The notes under the pieces are model-generated. The model was not told the origin of the DNA. It saw only the letters and a list, made by a program, of their open reading frames with translations, and made no database searches. Of a stretch of 64,000 nt of DNA, positions 1-10,404 are shown in pieces. The position numbers and the translations under genes were made by a program. The stretch's first letter is position 1; every line of letters starts with the position of its first letter. The DNA is from an uncultured delta proteobacterium (lineage in GTDB: Bacteria > Desulfobacterota > Desulfomonilia > UBA1062): the NCBI GenBank assembly GCA_963785235.1, contig CAWAUM010000002.1, positions 160,001-224,000 of the forward strand, given 5' to 3'.

Positions 1-91
1 GATTGCTGAAAACATTATCAAGGCAAAGCAAAACCCCTGATGGTTATCTCTTGGTAATCAAGCGGATAAAACTTAGGCTCTCCTGGGTCGC

Positions 92-619
92 TCACTTACT
101 CTTCAGGAGCTCATTGATCTTGTCCTCAGCCGAGGCACATTGCCAGCAGCCGACGATCCCGCTTTTTGCCACGACGATCTTGGTGGGTACGCCCCGTATA
201 CCGTAGGTGCGTGCAATCGACCCCTCAGGGTCAACAAGGATGGTGTAGGGAAGGGAGTATTTCTCAACAAAAGGAGCAACCTTTTTCGCTGATTCTGCTA
301 CATAAATCGATATAAGCTCAAAGTCCTTACCCTTCATGGAGGTATAGAGCTTCTTCAAATTCGGGATATCTTTTTTGCAGTACGGGCACCAGGTGGTGGT
401 GAAGTTGAGGAGCACGATCTTACCCCGATAGTCTTTCAATGATCTGGTCTTGCCGCTGAGATCCTTCAAGGTAAAGTTGGGAGCCAGGGGGGCAGGCTGA
501 TTTGTTGTGATCTTCTGAACATTCTGATCACCGGCCCTGGCATCGATTATCGATGCATTCCATGCTAGGAGAACAAAGAGGAGAGAGGCAAGGATAGACA
601 AACAGATCTTAGGTTTCAT
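92..619 (-). CDS. TlpA/ResA-like exported thiol:disulfide oxidoreductase
   Basis: N-terminal TM/signal, APNFTLKDL, WCPYC active site, GVPT cis-Pro loop; start moved to ATG 619 (MKPK). Confidence 0.85.
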   Translation of the reverse strand: MKPKICLSILASLLFVLLAWNASIIDARAGDQNVQKITTNQPAPLAPNFTLKDLSGKTRSLKDYRGKIVLLNFTTTWCPYCKKDIPNLKKLYTSMKGKDFELISIYVAESAKKVAPFVEKYSLPYTILVDPEGSIARTYGIRGVPTKIVVAKSGIVGCWQCASAEDKINELLKSK

Positions 620-638
620 AATGGGAGAACTCCTTTTT

Positions 639-1349
639 TTACATCCAAAATTTGCCCGCAGTAATGAGAAAGTATTCCGCCAATGCAATAAAGATGAATC
701 CAAAGACCTTTTGGATCCAGACCATCCACGGTCCGGACTTGGGCATGCTTGTCAGAAGGCCGGTGAAGGTGCCGAGGATAATGAGGATTGTCCCCATCCC
801 AAAGGCAAAGACAAAGAGCAGGCTCATGCCGAAGAGAACATTCTGCTTGGTTGCCACATAGCTTAAAAGAACGGCCAGTACAGGGGCGGAACAGGGGCTC
901 ATAATGAGTCCCGAAGCAATACCGAGGAGCAGAGCTCCGAAGAGGCCCTTCTTTTGAGTATTGAAAAGAGGACTGCTGAAGATCCGCGGCAGGGGGATAA
1001 AGAATACGTCAAGCATGGCCAGGCCCATAAGGATGAAGACATTGGCGATAAACAGGTTTATCCACGGGTTGGTCTGGATCGCACCAAAGAATCCTCCTGT
1101 GAGCCCGGCGATGCTTCCGAGGATGGTGTATGTCAGCGATGTGCCGAGTACATACACGACAGAGAGGAAGAAGCCGCTGCTGCGCGAACCCTTTTGCCGC
1201 GACCCGATAAAAGATACGGTAATGGGCAGGAGTGGGTACATGCACGGGGTGAAGCTCACCAGGACTCCGCCGACATAGGCTGAAAGATAAGCCAGCAACA
1301 CAGACCCTTGCAGGTATGATTCAAAACTGGTTGTCAGATTTTCAAACAT
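639..1349 (-). CDS. ccdA: CcdA/DsbD-family transmembrane electron transporter
   Basis: SFTPCMYP and SPCSAP Cys motifs, about 6 TM helices, next to TlpA. Confidence 0.85.
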   Translation of the reverse strand: MFENLTTSFESYLQGSVLLAYLSAYVGGVLVSFTPCMYPLLPITVSFIGSRQKGSRSSGFFLSVVYVLGTSLTYTILGSIAGLTGGFFGAIQTNPWINLFIANVFILMGLAMLDVFFIPLPRIFSSPLFNTQKKGLFGALLLGIASGLIMSPCSAPVLAVLLSYVATKQNVLFGMSLLFVFAFGMGTILIILGTFTGLLTSMPKSGPWMVWIQKVFGFIFIALAEYFLITAGKFWM

Positions 1350-1441
1350 ATCCGGCGCGAATGTATCATAAAGGACCTTTATCAACAATCTTGGATTACT
1401 TTTTTTGAGCGATGCACTTTATCAAGATGCCATAAGGAGAC

Positions 1442-1473
1442 TTGACAGGGGCAGTAGTTAATAGTAACTATTA
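1442..1473 (+). promoter_or_regulatory. sigma70 -35 (TTGACA) with an adjacent Fur/PerR-type 7-1-7 operator
   Basis: TTGACA 1442-1447; perfect inverted repeat TAATAGT-A-ACTATTA 1459-1473 covering the expected -10 region. Confidence 0.7.
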
Positions 1474-1531
1474 TCAATAACATGTTAAACAACACTCCGT
1501 GCGACTACTTTCCGGGCTTGCCGGTGATTAT

Positions 1532-1972
1532 ATGAGCAAGATACAACACAGGATGACAAGGCAGAAGAGGGTTGTCCTTGAAGAGTTGAGCAAGGTGAAA
1601 ACCCATCCTACGGCGTATGAAATTTTTGAGATGGTCAAATCGAGACTCCCTCGGATCAGCCTCGGAACAGTATATAGGAACCTCGAGCAGCTCTCTTCGG
1701 GCGGACAGATCCGCAGGCTTGACATGGGTCAATCTCAGAGAAGATTCGATGCCGTGGTCGATGATCACGTGCATATCCGATGCATTTCCTGCGGCAAGGT
1801 GGATGATGTTCCCTTGAATCCGGCCATGAGCGCTACTACTATTAAGGATACTGTAAGCAGCCAGAGCGGATATGATGTTTTGGGTTGCGAGTTGGATTTT
1901 CAGGGCATCTGTCCCTCATGTAAAAAAAGCCTCGCCAGTCAAAAGATTGATGGAGCAAAGGCTTACTCATAA
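1532..1972 (+). CDS. perR: Fur-family regulator, PerR-like
   Basis: HPTA, SLGTVYRNL, HxHxxCxxC and C-terminal CxxC; directly upstream of rubrerythrin. Confidence 0.8.
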   Translation: MSKIQHRMTRQKRVVLEELSKVKTHPTAYEIFEMVKSRLPRISLGTVYRNLEQLSSGGQIRRLDMGQSQRRFDAVVDDHVHIRCISCGKVDDVPLNPAMSATTIKDTVSSQSGYDVLGCELDFQGICPSCKKSLASQKIDGAKAYS

Positions 1973-2006
1973 TAACGAAAAGAACACTACTGCTAAGGAG
2001 GATTAC

Positions 2007-2582
2007 ATGGGAAAGTTAAAGGGTACACGGACCGAAAAAAATCTTCTGGGCTCATTTGCCGGTGAATCTCAGGCAAGGAACCGATACACTTATTTTGCCA
2101 GCAAGGCCAGGAAAGAAGGCTTCATGCAGGTAGCCGATATCTTTGAAGAGACGGCAAACCAGGAAAAGGAACATGCCAAGAGATTCTTCAGTTTCCTCGA
2201 AGGGGGAGACCTTGAGATCCAGGCAAGCTTTCCGGCCGGGGTTGTCGGCTCTACCGTGGAGAACCTTAAGGCAGCGGCCGCCGGAGAGCACCATGAGCAG
2301 GCAGAGTTGTACCCGGGATTTGCCCAGGTAGCACGTGAAGAAGGGTTCGAGGCAATAGCAAAGGTCTGGGAGGCTATATCGGTTGCAGAGACGCAGCATG
2401 AGAAGCGCTACAAGGACCTTGCCGCGAATATCGAGGCTGGAAGGGTCTTCAAGAGAGACAAGGCAGTTGTATGGAGATGCCGCAATTGCGGATACCTCTT
2501 CGAAGGCGCCGAAGCACCGGGTGCCTGCCCTGCCTGTGCGCATCCGAAGGATTACTTCGAGCTCCTCGGTGAGAACTGGTAA
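2007..2582 (+). CDS. rbr: Rubrerythrin
   Basis: FAGESQARNRY, EKEHA di-iron motifs, C-terminal CRNCG/CPAC rubredoxin domain; RBS AGGAGG. Confidence 0.95.
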   Translation: MGKLKGTRTEKNLLGSFAGESQARNRYTYFASKARKEGFMQVADIFEETANQEKEHAKRFFSFLEGGDLEIQASFPAGVVGSTVENLKAAAAGEHHEQAELYPGFAQVAREEGFEAIAKVWEAISVAETQHEKRYKDLAANIEAGRVFKRDKAVVWRCRNCGYLFEGAEAPGACPACAHPKDYFELLGENW

Positions 2583-2668
2583 CCGACTATTTTACTTGGG
2601 GCCCGACCCCGCGGGCTTTTGTTTGATGCCTCGGGCGTTGGGTATACCTTGATCGGAGGGGCCTGATC

Positions 2669-3247
2669 ATGCTTAAAAAATTATCGTGCTCGATTATCAT
2701 TGTTATACTCATCGCGACATTCCTGTGGGCCGGAGATGATCCCGCACAGATACAAGATTACAGTAAGGCTATAACACAGGTGAAGCTCAGCGTACCCGAT
2801 GACCCTGATGTCAAAGCCTACCTGGGTATCAAGCAAAAGAGCGGCCAGTTCATGTTAAGTGATATAGATGGTGAGATCCTAATCATAGAGATCTTCAGCA
2901 TGTACTGTCCTTACTGCCAGAAGCATGCCCCCATGGCCAACAAGCTCTATCAGGCGATTGAAGAGGGCAAAGAAACGCGCGGCAAGGTGAAATTGATCGG
3001 CATCGGCGTGGGAAACTCAGCGTATGAAGTCAAGTTCTTCAAAAAGAAATATGGGGTGCCTTTCCCGCTCTTTGATGATGCAAACTCAGCCGTGCTGAAC
3101 AGCATCCGTGGCATAAGAACCCCGACATACTTCGGCATCCGGAAAAATGGCAAAACCCTGAGCGTTTTCTTTACACAGCAGGGACCCTATGATGATGCCC
3201 AAACCTTTCTCCAGGCCGTTCTCAAGAAGTCCGGGAGTCCATTTTGA
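2669..3247 (+). CDS. Exported thioredoxin-fold (TlpA-like) protein
   Basis: Signal peptide, FSMYCPYC, TP motif. Confidence 0.8.
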   Translation: MLKKLSCSIIIVILIATFLWAGDDPAQIQDYSKAITQVKLSVPDDPDVKAYLGIKQKSGQFMLSDIDGEILIIEIFSMYCPYCQKHAPMANKLYQAIEEGKETRGKVKLIGIGVGNSAYEVKFFKKKYGVPFPLFDDANSAVLNSIRGIRTPTYFGIRKNGKTLSVFFTQQGPYDDAQTFLQAVLKKSGSPF

Positions 3248-3255
3248 GGTGTAAC

Positions 3256-3855
3256 ATGAAGACGAGCGGTTATTTATTGATGTTTGCTGCCGGATTGATA
3301 ATCTGTGCAAGTATGCCTGTACTGGCTGCATCGGATGACTTGAAGGATGGGATATACCAGGTGGGAACGCTCAAGCCTGTGGACAGCACCCTTAAGGTCA
3401 AGGTGGGTGAGAAGGCCCCTGATTTCACACTCGGTGCTGTTTCCGGAGGGACAATATCCCTAAAGGACTACAGAGCCAAAAAGAATGTCATGATCTCGTT
3501 TGTCCCTGCTGCATGGACACCGGTCTGCTCGGATCAGTGGCCGGGATATAATATTGCCCAAGAGGAATTCGAAAGGCTTAATACTGCGCTCGTCGGTATT
3601 ACAGAGGACAACATACCGACCCTGTATGCCTGGACCAAGACTATGGGGACCCTGTGGTTCCCTGTGCTCTCTGATTTCTGGCCGCACGGAAAGGCGGCGA
3701 GCGCATACGGCGTGCTGCGTTCAGACGGGACTGCTGAAAGGGCCATCTTCATCATCGATAAGCAGGGGATAATACGCTACATCGATGTCCATGACATCAA
3801 CGCAAGGCCCCCGCTCGAAGGCATTATCACCGAGCTTGAGAAGCTGAACAAGTGA
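3256..3855 (+). CDS. Exported peroxiredoxin (AhpC/TSA, AhpE-like)
   Basis: PxxxTxxC (PAAWTPVC), LSDFWPHG, AERAIFIID. Confidence 0.85.
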   Translation: MKTSGYLLMFAAGLIICASMPVLAASDDLKDGIYQVGTLKPVDSTLKVKVGEKAPDFTLGAVSGGTISLKDYRAKKNVMISFVPAAWTPVCSDQWPGYNIAQEEFERLNTALVGITEDNIPTLYAWTKTMGTLWFPVLSDFWPHGKAASAYGVLRSDGTAERAIFIIDKQGIIRYIDVHDINARPPLEGIITELEKLNK

Positions 3856-3980
3856 ACCCCCCCTGGGTCAATCTTCGGGGGTTCTACAGAGGCTGTCTCT
3901 ATAGTGAAAATACCCTCTGAGTCGAAGGCAATCCTTACGTGGATATGGCAACCATGATCGCTAAACCCGCATGTGTCGGG

Positions 3981-4604
3981 CTATATCCACTTTAAGATTA
4001 CTGCAAAAAGAATCAGGGACGCTGCATTAATCGCAAAGAGTGTCCCGATAAACAGTTTCTGAGTCCTTGGCGCCCAGTCATAAGCATAGAATGCTGCCAG
4101 GAAGAACGGGATGTAAACAGTTACAAAGACCGGAAACGAACCCCACCATGGATAAACCCACACAAAGGTCGGGGTTTTAACCAGGAAGATCTCGATGATC
4201 GAATAGAGTGCGGCATTGGCAATGGCAAAGACCAGCCGGTTGTTTATACCGAAGATTTTCATGGTGGGGTCTTCCGGCAAGAGTTTGCTCAGGATGAGCC
4301 CTGCTATCGAGAACATGAGGCTTATCTCTATGCCTACCCCCACCAGGATCAGAAACGCAGTTCCTGTCGGAACGGTCCACAGCGCATGCCCTGAGAAGTA
4401 CTGGATCAGGGCATTGACGATCTCCACAAACCAATGGACCATGTACAAGGACAGCCCGGCTGCGATTCCCTTCCAGTTTTTCTGGGAGAACTCGTTGATA
4501 TAGACGTAAAGCGTCAAGGCCAGCAACGTGATCACATACCACTGGAAAGGGTCGCCTGACCTTAGTATGGAAAGGGCCATGGTAGTAGCTTCCGGGTGAT
4601 TCAT
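3981..4604 (-). CDS. Integral membrane protein of unknown function
   Basis: About 6 hydrophobic segments, RBS GAGGAGG. Confidence 0.7.
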   Translation of the reverse strand: MNHPEATTMALSILRSGDPFQWYVITLLALTLYVYINEFSQKNWKGIAAGLSLYMVHWFVEIVNALIQYFSGHALWTVPTGTAFLILVGVGIEISLMFSIAGLILSKLLPEDPTMKIFGINNRLVFAIANAALYSIIEIFLVKTPTFVWVYPWWGSFPVFVTVYIPFFLAAFYAYDWAPRTQKLFIGTLFAINAASLILFAVILKWI

Positions 4605-4742
4605 GCGAACCTCCTCTTATTGCAAGATGAACATATGATAGCTATGTTCAGTCATTCAGGCAAGCATCCTTAAGAAAAAGAAATGTTATTAAGGCTCAGG
4701 ATGACTTGCAGTGGTTGATTATATCAAAATAAAACTGCCGGG

Positions 4743-5261
4743 TCAGCCGATCTTCTTCAATGTGTTTTGATATTGTTTCACAAGTTCAACATACATCTGT
4801 TTTCCTGCCTGCATGACATCCTTATATGTTTGGTTGATGTCTCCCTTTTCAATAGCAGGAGAACCGGCATAGAGTTTATAATCCGGAACCACCTGGTTCT
4901 TTTTTACCAGGGAGTGCTCTGCAACAATCGACCAGCACCCCACCTGGGCGTTATCGCCAAGGGTAGAGTTCATTCCTATCACGGCATAATCCTTGATGAT
5001 GCTGCTGTGTATCATCGCCAGGTGTCCGATGGTAACCTGTTGCCCAATGGTGAGTATGGACGGTGTATGGATGACTGCAGAGTCTTCAACCGCAGTTTCA
5101 TCACCAATGAATATTGTCCCGAAATCACCTCTGATTACAGCGCACGGACCGATCCAGCAGTTTTTTCCTATCCTCACATCACCAATAATCTCAGCGCTCT
5201 GTGCGATCCATGTCCCTTCGCCCACCTGAGGGACCTTGCCGTTGAATTCGAAGATTGCCAT
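4743..5261 (-). CDS. Gamma-carbonic anhydrase-like hexapeptide repeat protein (YrdA/CaiE/PaaY family)
   Basis: IIGDVRIG, IRGD, three His ligands (VIH, IGH, MIH), AGSPA. Confidence 0.85.
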   Translation of the reverse strand: MAIFEFNGKVPQVGEGTWIAQSAEIIGDVRIGKNCWIGPCAVIRGDFGTIFIGDETAVEDSAVIHTPSILTIGQQVTIGHLAMIHSSIIKDYAVIGMNSTLGDNAQVGCWSIVAEHSLVKKNQVVPDYKLYAGSPAIEKGDINQTYKDVMQAGKQMYVELVKQYQNTLKKIG

Positions 5262-5477
5262 AACTTCCTCTTTCTCTTGGAAAAAAATAATAACCTGTTT
5301 TAATCTAAACATATACTTGCCATGAGAAAGCCGGCTCAGTATAGAAAAAAATATATTAGCAACATCTTCTCAAGACAGGTAAAAAAGTGACGATAAGAAT
5401 TTAAATAATTGTATTGTGAAATGAGTTTATTGGGGGCAAGCTCTCTCAATGTTTCTATGGCAGGAGGATGAAAGACG

Positions 5478-7763
5478 ATGCACAACTCAGACCAAGTAAA
5501 CAGCGAATTGGTCTTTAAAGATGATCGTGATGACCGCTTTTTAAAGCCGGAAAAGTTGAATCGTCTGAATAAGGCCCACCTCCAGGGGGCCTTTGTCCGC
5601 TCCGGAGCCAGTGTCCTTATCTGGCTGTTCACCCTGGGTGCATACTGCTACAGAGCCATTGGCAAGGGGTCCTTCGAAGGCGCAAGCGTGGTGATGGCGT
5701 ACATCATCCTGATGAATATCCCCATGCTTGCGATACTGAGCCGCATCAGACGAAAGGTGCTCTATGAGCAGTTTTCGTTCCTTATCAATGTCCTTGAGAT
5801 ACTCGGGTACACCGGGTTCATCTATTTTGTCGGTGGTTTCAGGTCCACCTATCTCACTCCGATTTATGCAGCAATGATCTTCTATGTCGGAGTCCAGGCC
5901 CCAATGCGCTATCCTCTTATCCTGGCAGGGATGTGCTCTCTTTCATTCAGCACGGTGGTTACCCTGGAGCACTTCGGTTATATCCCCCATCAGAATGTGA
6001 TCCTGGCATATGAATATCCATGGTACACAGTGGTCTTTACCTTGAGCATACTGACAGCAGTGCTCTTTGTAATAGCTTTGATGGCGGCATATACGGCAAA
6101 GGTCCTCCAGAAGGCAAGAAAAAACCTGAAAGAGAAAAACCTTGCCCTGGAGAGGACCAACGAGAAATTACGCCACGAGATCGATGATCGCATCAAGGCG
6201 GAGTATGCGCTCCGGGAGAGCGAGGAGAAACTCCATGACATCTTTGAAAATGTTCCCGACGCCCTTTTTTCCCATGATTTGGAGGGGAATTTCATTGAAG
6301 TGAACGGGGGTTTTAAAAGGTCGTTTGGTATAAGCGAAGAAGATCAAATTCCAGGAGAATTGAACATCAAGACCCTGATCCCTGACAAGTATAAGGCGCT
6401 TTCTGATAAGTATCTTGCAGAGATCGTTCACCATGCAAGGAGTGAAGGACTCATCAGGATAATCACAAGAACCGGGGAGAGGATCTTCGAATATCACAAC
6501 TCCCTCATCAGAGATGCAAGAGGAAACCCTAAGGGAGTTCGAGGCTCTGCCCGGGATATTACCGAACGCATCATCGCAGAGCGTGAAAGGTTGAAACTTC
6601 AGAACCAACTACAAAGTGCCCAGAAGATGGAGGCAATCGGCGTCTTGGCCGGAGGAGTTGCACATGATCTGAACAACATCCTTTCAGGGCTTGTAAGCTA
6701 TCCAGAGCTTCTCCTCATGGAGATACCTGAAGACAGTCCCATGAGGAAACCCTTGGTCACTATCCAGAAGTCCGGAGAGAAGGCTGCTTCCATTGTACAG
6801 GATCTCTTAACCTTGGCACGAAGGGGTGTACCTATCTCAGAGGTAGTGAATCTGAACCAGGTCATTACTGAATACCTTGCAAGCCTTGAGCATGAACGTA
6901 TTATGGTGATAAACCCCCTCGTGGAAATCGAAACATCCTTGGACCCTGATCTGTTGAACATCATGGGATCACCGGTACACCTGTTCAAGACCGTTATGAA
7001 CCTGATAGCTAATGCCTTAGAATCAATGCCTTGTGGTGGTACAATCCAGGTATCAACCACGCACAGATATATCGATAAGCCTATGCACGGATATGATGCC
7101 ATCGATAAGGGGAATTATATCATCCTGGTCATAGCTGATACAGGAACCGGCATGACCGAAACGGATCGCCAGCGTATCTTTGAACCCTTCTATACCAAGA
7201 AAGCCATGGGTAGGAGCGGGACCGGTCTTGGGATGGCTGTTGTGTGGGGGACGGTCAAGGATCATCACGGGTACTTGGAGGTGCTAAGTGAGCCGGGGAT
7301 TGGTTCCACGTTTACCCTGTACTTCCCTACCACACAAGAACAGGTGGCTCAGGAAGATGCCCCGGTCTCCATTGATGAATACAAAGGCAACGGGGAAATA
7401 ATCCTTGTAGTGGATGATGTAAAAGAGCAGCGGGAGATAGCCACCAAAATCCTTGAGCGTCTCGGATATCATGTCGAGACGGTTTCCAGTGGTGAGGAAG
7501 CGGTTGAATTTTTAAAATACAAGAGTGTTGATCTCTTGGTCCTTGATATGATCATGAGTCCCGGGATCGACGGTTTGGAAACCTATAGGAGGGTCCTTGC
7601 GGGGAATCCCGACCAGAAAGCTGTAATTGCAAGCGGATACTCCGATACCGAAAGGGTGAAAGAGGCCCTGCGTATCGGTGCAGTGTCATATATCAAGAAA
7701 CCCTATCTCCTCCAGAAGATAGGTGTAGCAATAAAAGAGGCCCTTACCAGTAAGGCAGCCTGA
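5478..7763 (+). CDS. Membrane-bound hybrid histidine kinase (TM-PAS-HisKA-HATPase-REC)
   Basis: AGGVAHDLNN H-box, N/G1/F/G2 boxes, receiver LVVDD...LDMIM...KP. Confidence 0.93.
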   Translation: MHNSDQVNSELVFKDDRDDRFLKPEKLNRLNKAHLQGAFVRSGASVLIWLFTLGAYCYRAIGKGSFEGASVVMAYIILMNIPMLAILSRIRRKVLYEQFSFLINVLEILGYTGFIYFVGGFRSTYLTPIYAAMIFYVGVQAPMRYPLILAGMCSLSFSTVVTLEHFGYIPHQNVILAYEYPWYTVVFTLSILTAVLFVIALMAAYTAKVLQKARKNLKEKNLALERTNEKLRHEIDDRIKAEYALRESEEKLHDIFENVPDALFSHDLEGNFIEVNGGFKRSFGISEEDQIPGELNIKTLIPDKYKALSDKYLAEIVHHARSEGLIRIITRTGERIFEYHNSLIRDARGNPKGVRGSARDITERIIAERERLKLQNQLQSAQKMEAIGVLAGGVAHDLNNILSGLVSYPELLLMEIPEDSPMRKPLVTIQKSGEKAASIVQDLLTLARRGVPISEVVNLNQVITEYLASLEHERIMVINPLVEIETSLDPDLLNIMGSPVHLFKTVMNLIANALESMPCGGTIQVSTTHRYIDKPMHGYDAIDKGNYIILVIADTGTGMTETDRQRIFEPFYTKKAMGRSGTGLGMAVVWGTVKDHHGYLEVLSEPGIGSTFTLYFPTTQEQVAQEDAPVSIDEYKGNGEIILVVDDVKEQREIATKILERLGYHVETVSSGEEAVEFLKYKSVDLLVLDMIMSPGIDGLETYRRVLAGNPDQKAVIASGYSDTERVKEALRIGAVSYIKKPYLLQKIGVAIKEALTSKAA

Positions 7764-7773
7764 GAGGTTTAAC

Positions 7774-8764
7774 TTAATCTTCCTTCAAAAAAGAGCCTGT
7801 TTTAACCTCATCGAGAAGGATGGGTATGAAGGTGGTCAGATCTTCCGTGATGCAGTAATGTGCGACATGGAATATTGCTGCATTGGGATCGGTATTGATG
7901 GCTACAATGTTAAGGGACCCCTTCATGCCGGATACATGCTGGACGGCACCTGAGATGCCGCATGCAATATAGAGCTTAGGTGAAACTGTGTGGCCAGTGG
8001 TACCGATCTGATGAGAGTATTCGAGCCAGCCTAAATCGCATACCGCACGTGATGCCCCCAAGGCGGACCGCGGTATGACCGCTGCCAGATCCTTTATGTA
8101 GCGATATGTTATCCTTCTTCCCTACCCCTCTTCCAGCGGAGATGATCGCATCTGCATCGCTGAGCCTGCTGTCACGGTGTATGGATTCTTTATATCCAAT
8201 CGTCTTAGATCGTGAGTGTGGAGTAATAACCTCGATTTTCTTCACTGAGCCAGGGGAGTGTGCCTTTGAAGTAAACGACGGGAATACCCCGGGAAGTACG
8301 GTAATGACAACGCAGGGAGTTTGCGGGACTATATCCACCATGAAACGCCCGGAGTAGGCAGAGCAGCTGAATTTACCTTCATGCACCTTCTCCACGGATG
8401 TAATGCACGCCGCATTCAGCTTAATTGCAAGCTGTGGCGCCAGATCATAGCCCATTGATGTATGGGCAAGGCACACGTAAAAGGAGCCATTCTCGGGGAG
8501 GATCTCCATGATTGCTTTGCAATAGGATTGGTTATTGTAGGTATTTAATTGGTTGCCTATAACAGCAATTGTATCGAACCCGGTTTTTTCAGCAATCTCT
8601 GTTGCCCGTGCTTCGTTATTACTGTCAAGAAGGATTATTATTGATAGTCGGCCTCTGCAAAGATCTTGAGCAAAGGTTATGAGCTCATATGTTTCGTGGG
8701 TGATGTGTCCCTGATCAGATTCAGCAATGATAAATATATCTTTATCCATAGAACATACCATCAT
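7774..8764 (-). CDS. etfA: Electron transfer flavoprotein alpha subunit (frameshifted near 8098)
   Basis: [34 protein letters not shown] split across two frames; removing one base restores [13 protein letters not shown]. Confidence 0.88.
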
Positions 8765-9541
8765 GAAAGAAAGTTTTTTTCATGAAGGATCCGGAGAAGC
8801 TTACGGGCCTTTTCCCGTGAAGATCCTTCAATGAATGTCCCCATGGAAACTGGAGCCGGAAATCTCACACTTATGCATTCCTCACGTATCTCCGGCAGAT
8901 TAAAGTGTTCTGCCCTGATGACTTCTTGCTGCTGGGTCCTTGCCCTCAAGACATTTGAAAGAGATGGGTACCGGGGGGTATTGATCCCTGACTGAATGGT
9001 GAGCACAGCCGGCATTTCGAGCTGGACCGAAAGCCTGCGCCCGCCCTCGATCTCTCTATCCACATTCACGACGCCCTTCTCGGGCTTGATATTCTGTGCT
9101 GATGACCGAGGTGGCATACGGCAGATCCAATAATGCTGCAATGAGCTGGCCTGTCTGACAGGCCATATCGTCCTCGGCCATGACCCCGGCCATGATCAGA
9201 TCATAATCCCTGTTCCGGGCATATGAAGCGATGAACCATGCAGTATTAAAGGGGCTTACATAAATCTCAGGCGTAAAAAGTATATGAACGCCATGGTCTG
9301 CACCCATCTCAATTGCACGGCGGACAGTAGTGCCGGCCCGCTCGGGACCGAATGATAACGCATGGACCGAGGTCCCTGGAAACTTCCCCTTAATAAGAAG
9401 CGCCTCTTCCAGGGCAAACTCGTCGTACCTGTTCATCCTGAACACGGTTGAGGTCTTGAAAACTATTTGGCCGGTACGTTCATCAATGGCAAGAGTATCG
9501 CTGGAATCTGGGACCTGTTTTACACAAACGAGGATCTTCAC
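8761..9541 (-). CDS. etfB: Electron transfer flavoprotein beta subunit (frameshifted near 9095)
   Basis: VCVKQVPD, DEFALEEAL, REIEGG, NTPRYPSL across two frames. Confidence 0.88.
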
Positions 9542-9607
9542 ACTTATTATCTCCTGAATTTTCTCCTATAGAAGATAGCGCAGGACGAGAAAGAGTGCAA
9601 GTTAAAA

Positions 9608-9621
9608 AACGAGCGCTCGTT
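9608..9621. promoter_or_regulatory. Palindromic operator candidate (TetR-type)
   Basis: Perfect palindrome AACGAGCGCTCGTT between the divergent etfB and phosphatase genes, next to TTGACA (9632); core recurs at about 51595. Confidence 0.6.
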
Positions 9622-9666
9622 CGATAATTGCTTGACAAAACCCCCTCCCTTTGTTATCTTGTTTCT

Positions 9667-10377
9667 ATGAGCATGATTTATCTCATCCGTCACGGCCAGG
9701 CATCCTTCGGCCATAATGACTATGACAATCTATCACCGCTTGGAAAACAGCAGGCCCGAATCCTGGCCCAACACCTATTCGCAACAGGTTTCCGGCCCGA
9801 TGCCGTCTACTCGGGCACCATGGTGCGCCAGAAGGACACGGCCAAGGAGGTTTTGGCTACCTATATCAGAGAGGGCAAAGAGTTGCCAGATCTTGAGCTT
9901 TTAAGCGGTTTCAATGAGTATGACACCACCTCTATCGTAACAGCCATGTTTCCGGCCATGGCACTAGACGACCCGACATTGCATGATGAGCTTGCCAGGA
10001 TGTATGTCAGCAAGGCCTCCTTCAAGCGGGTCTTCGAGACAGCCATGCTCAGGTGGGTCACCGGGGAATTCGATTCCCCGGGGATTGAGACATGGGAAGG
10101 GCTCAAGGCCCGCATTGCAGATTCCTTGAAGTCCATTATGGCCAGGCATGGCAAGGGCAAGATCATTGCGGTCTTTACCTCAGGCGGGGCCATTGCCGCA
10201 TCCCTTGCCCATGTCCTGGGCATCCCAGGCGATTATGCCATGCGGCTGAACTGGCAGATCGTGAATACGTCCATAACGCGCTACATGTATAATAACGAAA
10301 GGATCACCATGGCAGGGTTCAATTGCACAGCGCATCTCGATCTCGCATGTGACCCGGCCCTCATCACCTATCGGTGA
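9667..10377 (+). CDS. Histidine phosphatase family protein
   Basis: RHGQ motif, FNEYD, FTSGG. Confidence 0.88.
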   Translation: MSMIYLIRHGQASFGHNDYDNLSPLGKQQARILAQHLFATGFRPDAVYSGTMVRQKDTAKEVLATYIREGKELPDLELLSGFNEYDTTSIVTAMFPAMALDDPTLHDELARMYVSKASFKRVFETAMLRWVTGEFDSPGIETWEGLKARIADSLKSIMARHGKGKIIAVFTSGGAIAASLAHVLGIPGDYAMRLNWQIVNTSITRYMYNNERITMAGFNCTAHLDLACDPALITYR

Positions 10378-10404
10378 GATCTTACAACAAAAAGGAGAGA
10401 GACC

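Noticed and set aside
8040-9141. Programmed frameshifting in etfAB
   Set aside because: No slippery heptamers noted at the breaks, and similar breaks occur throughout the window.
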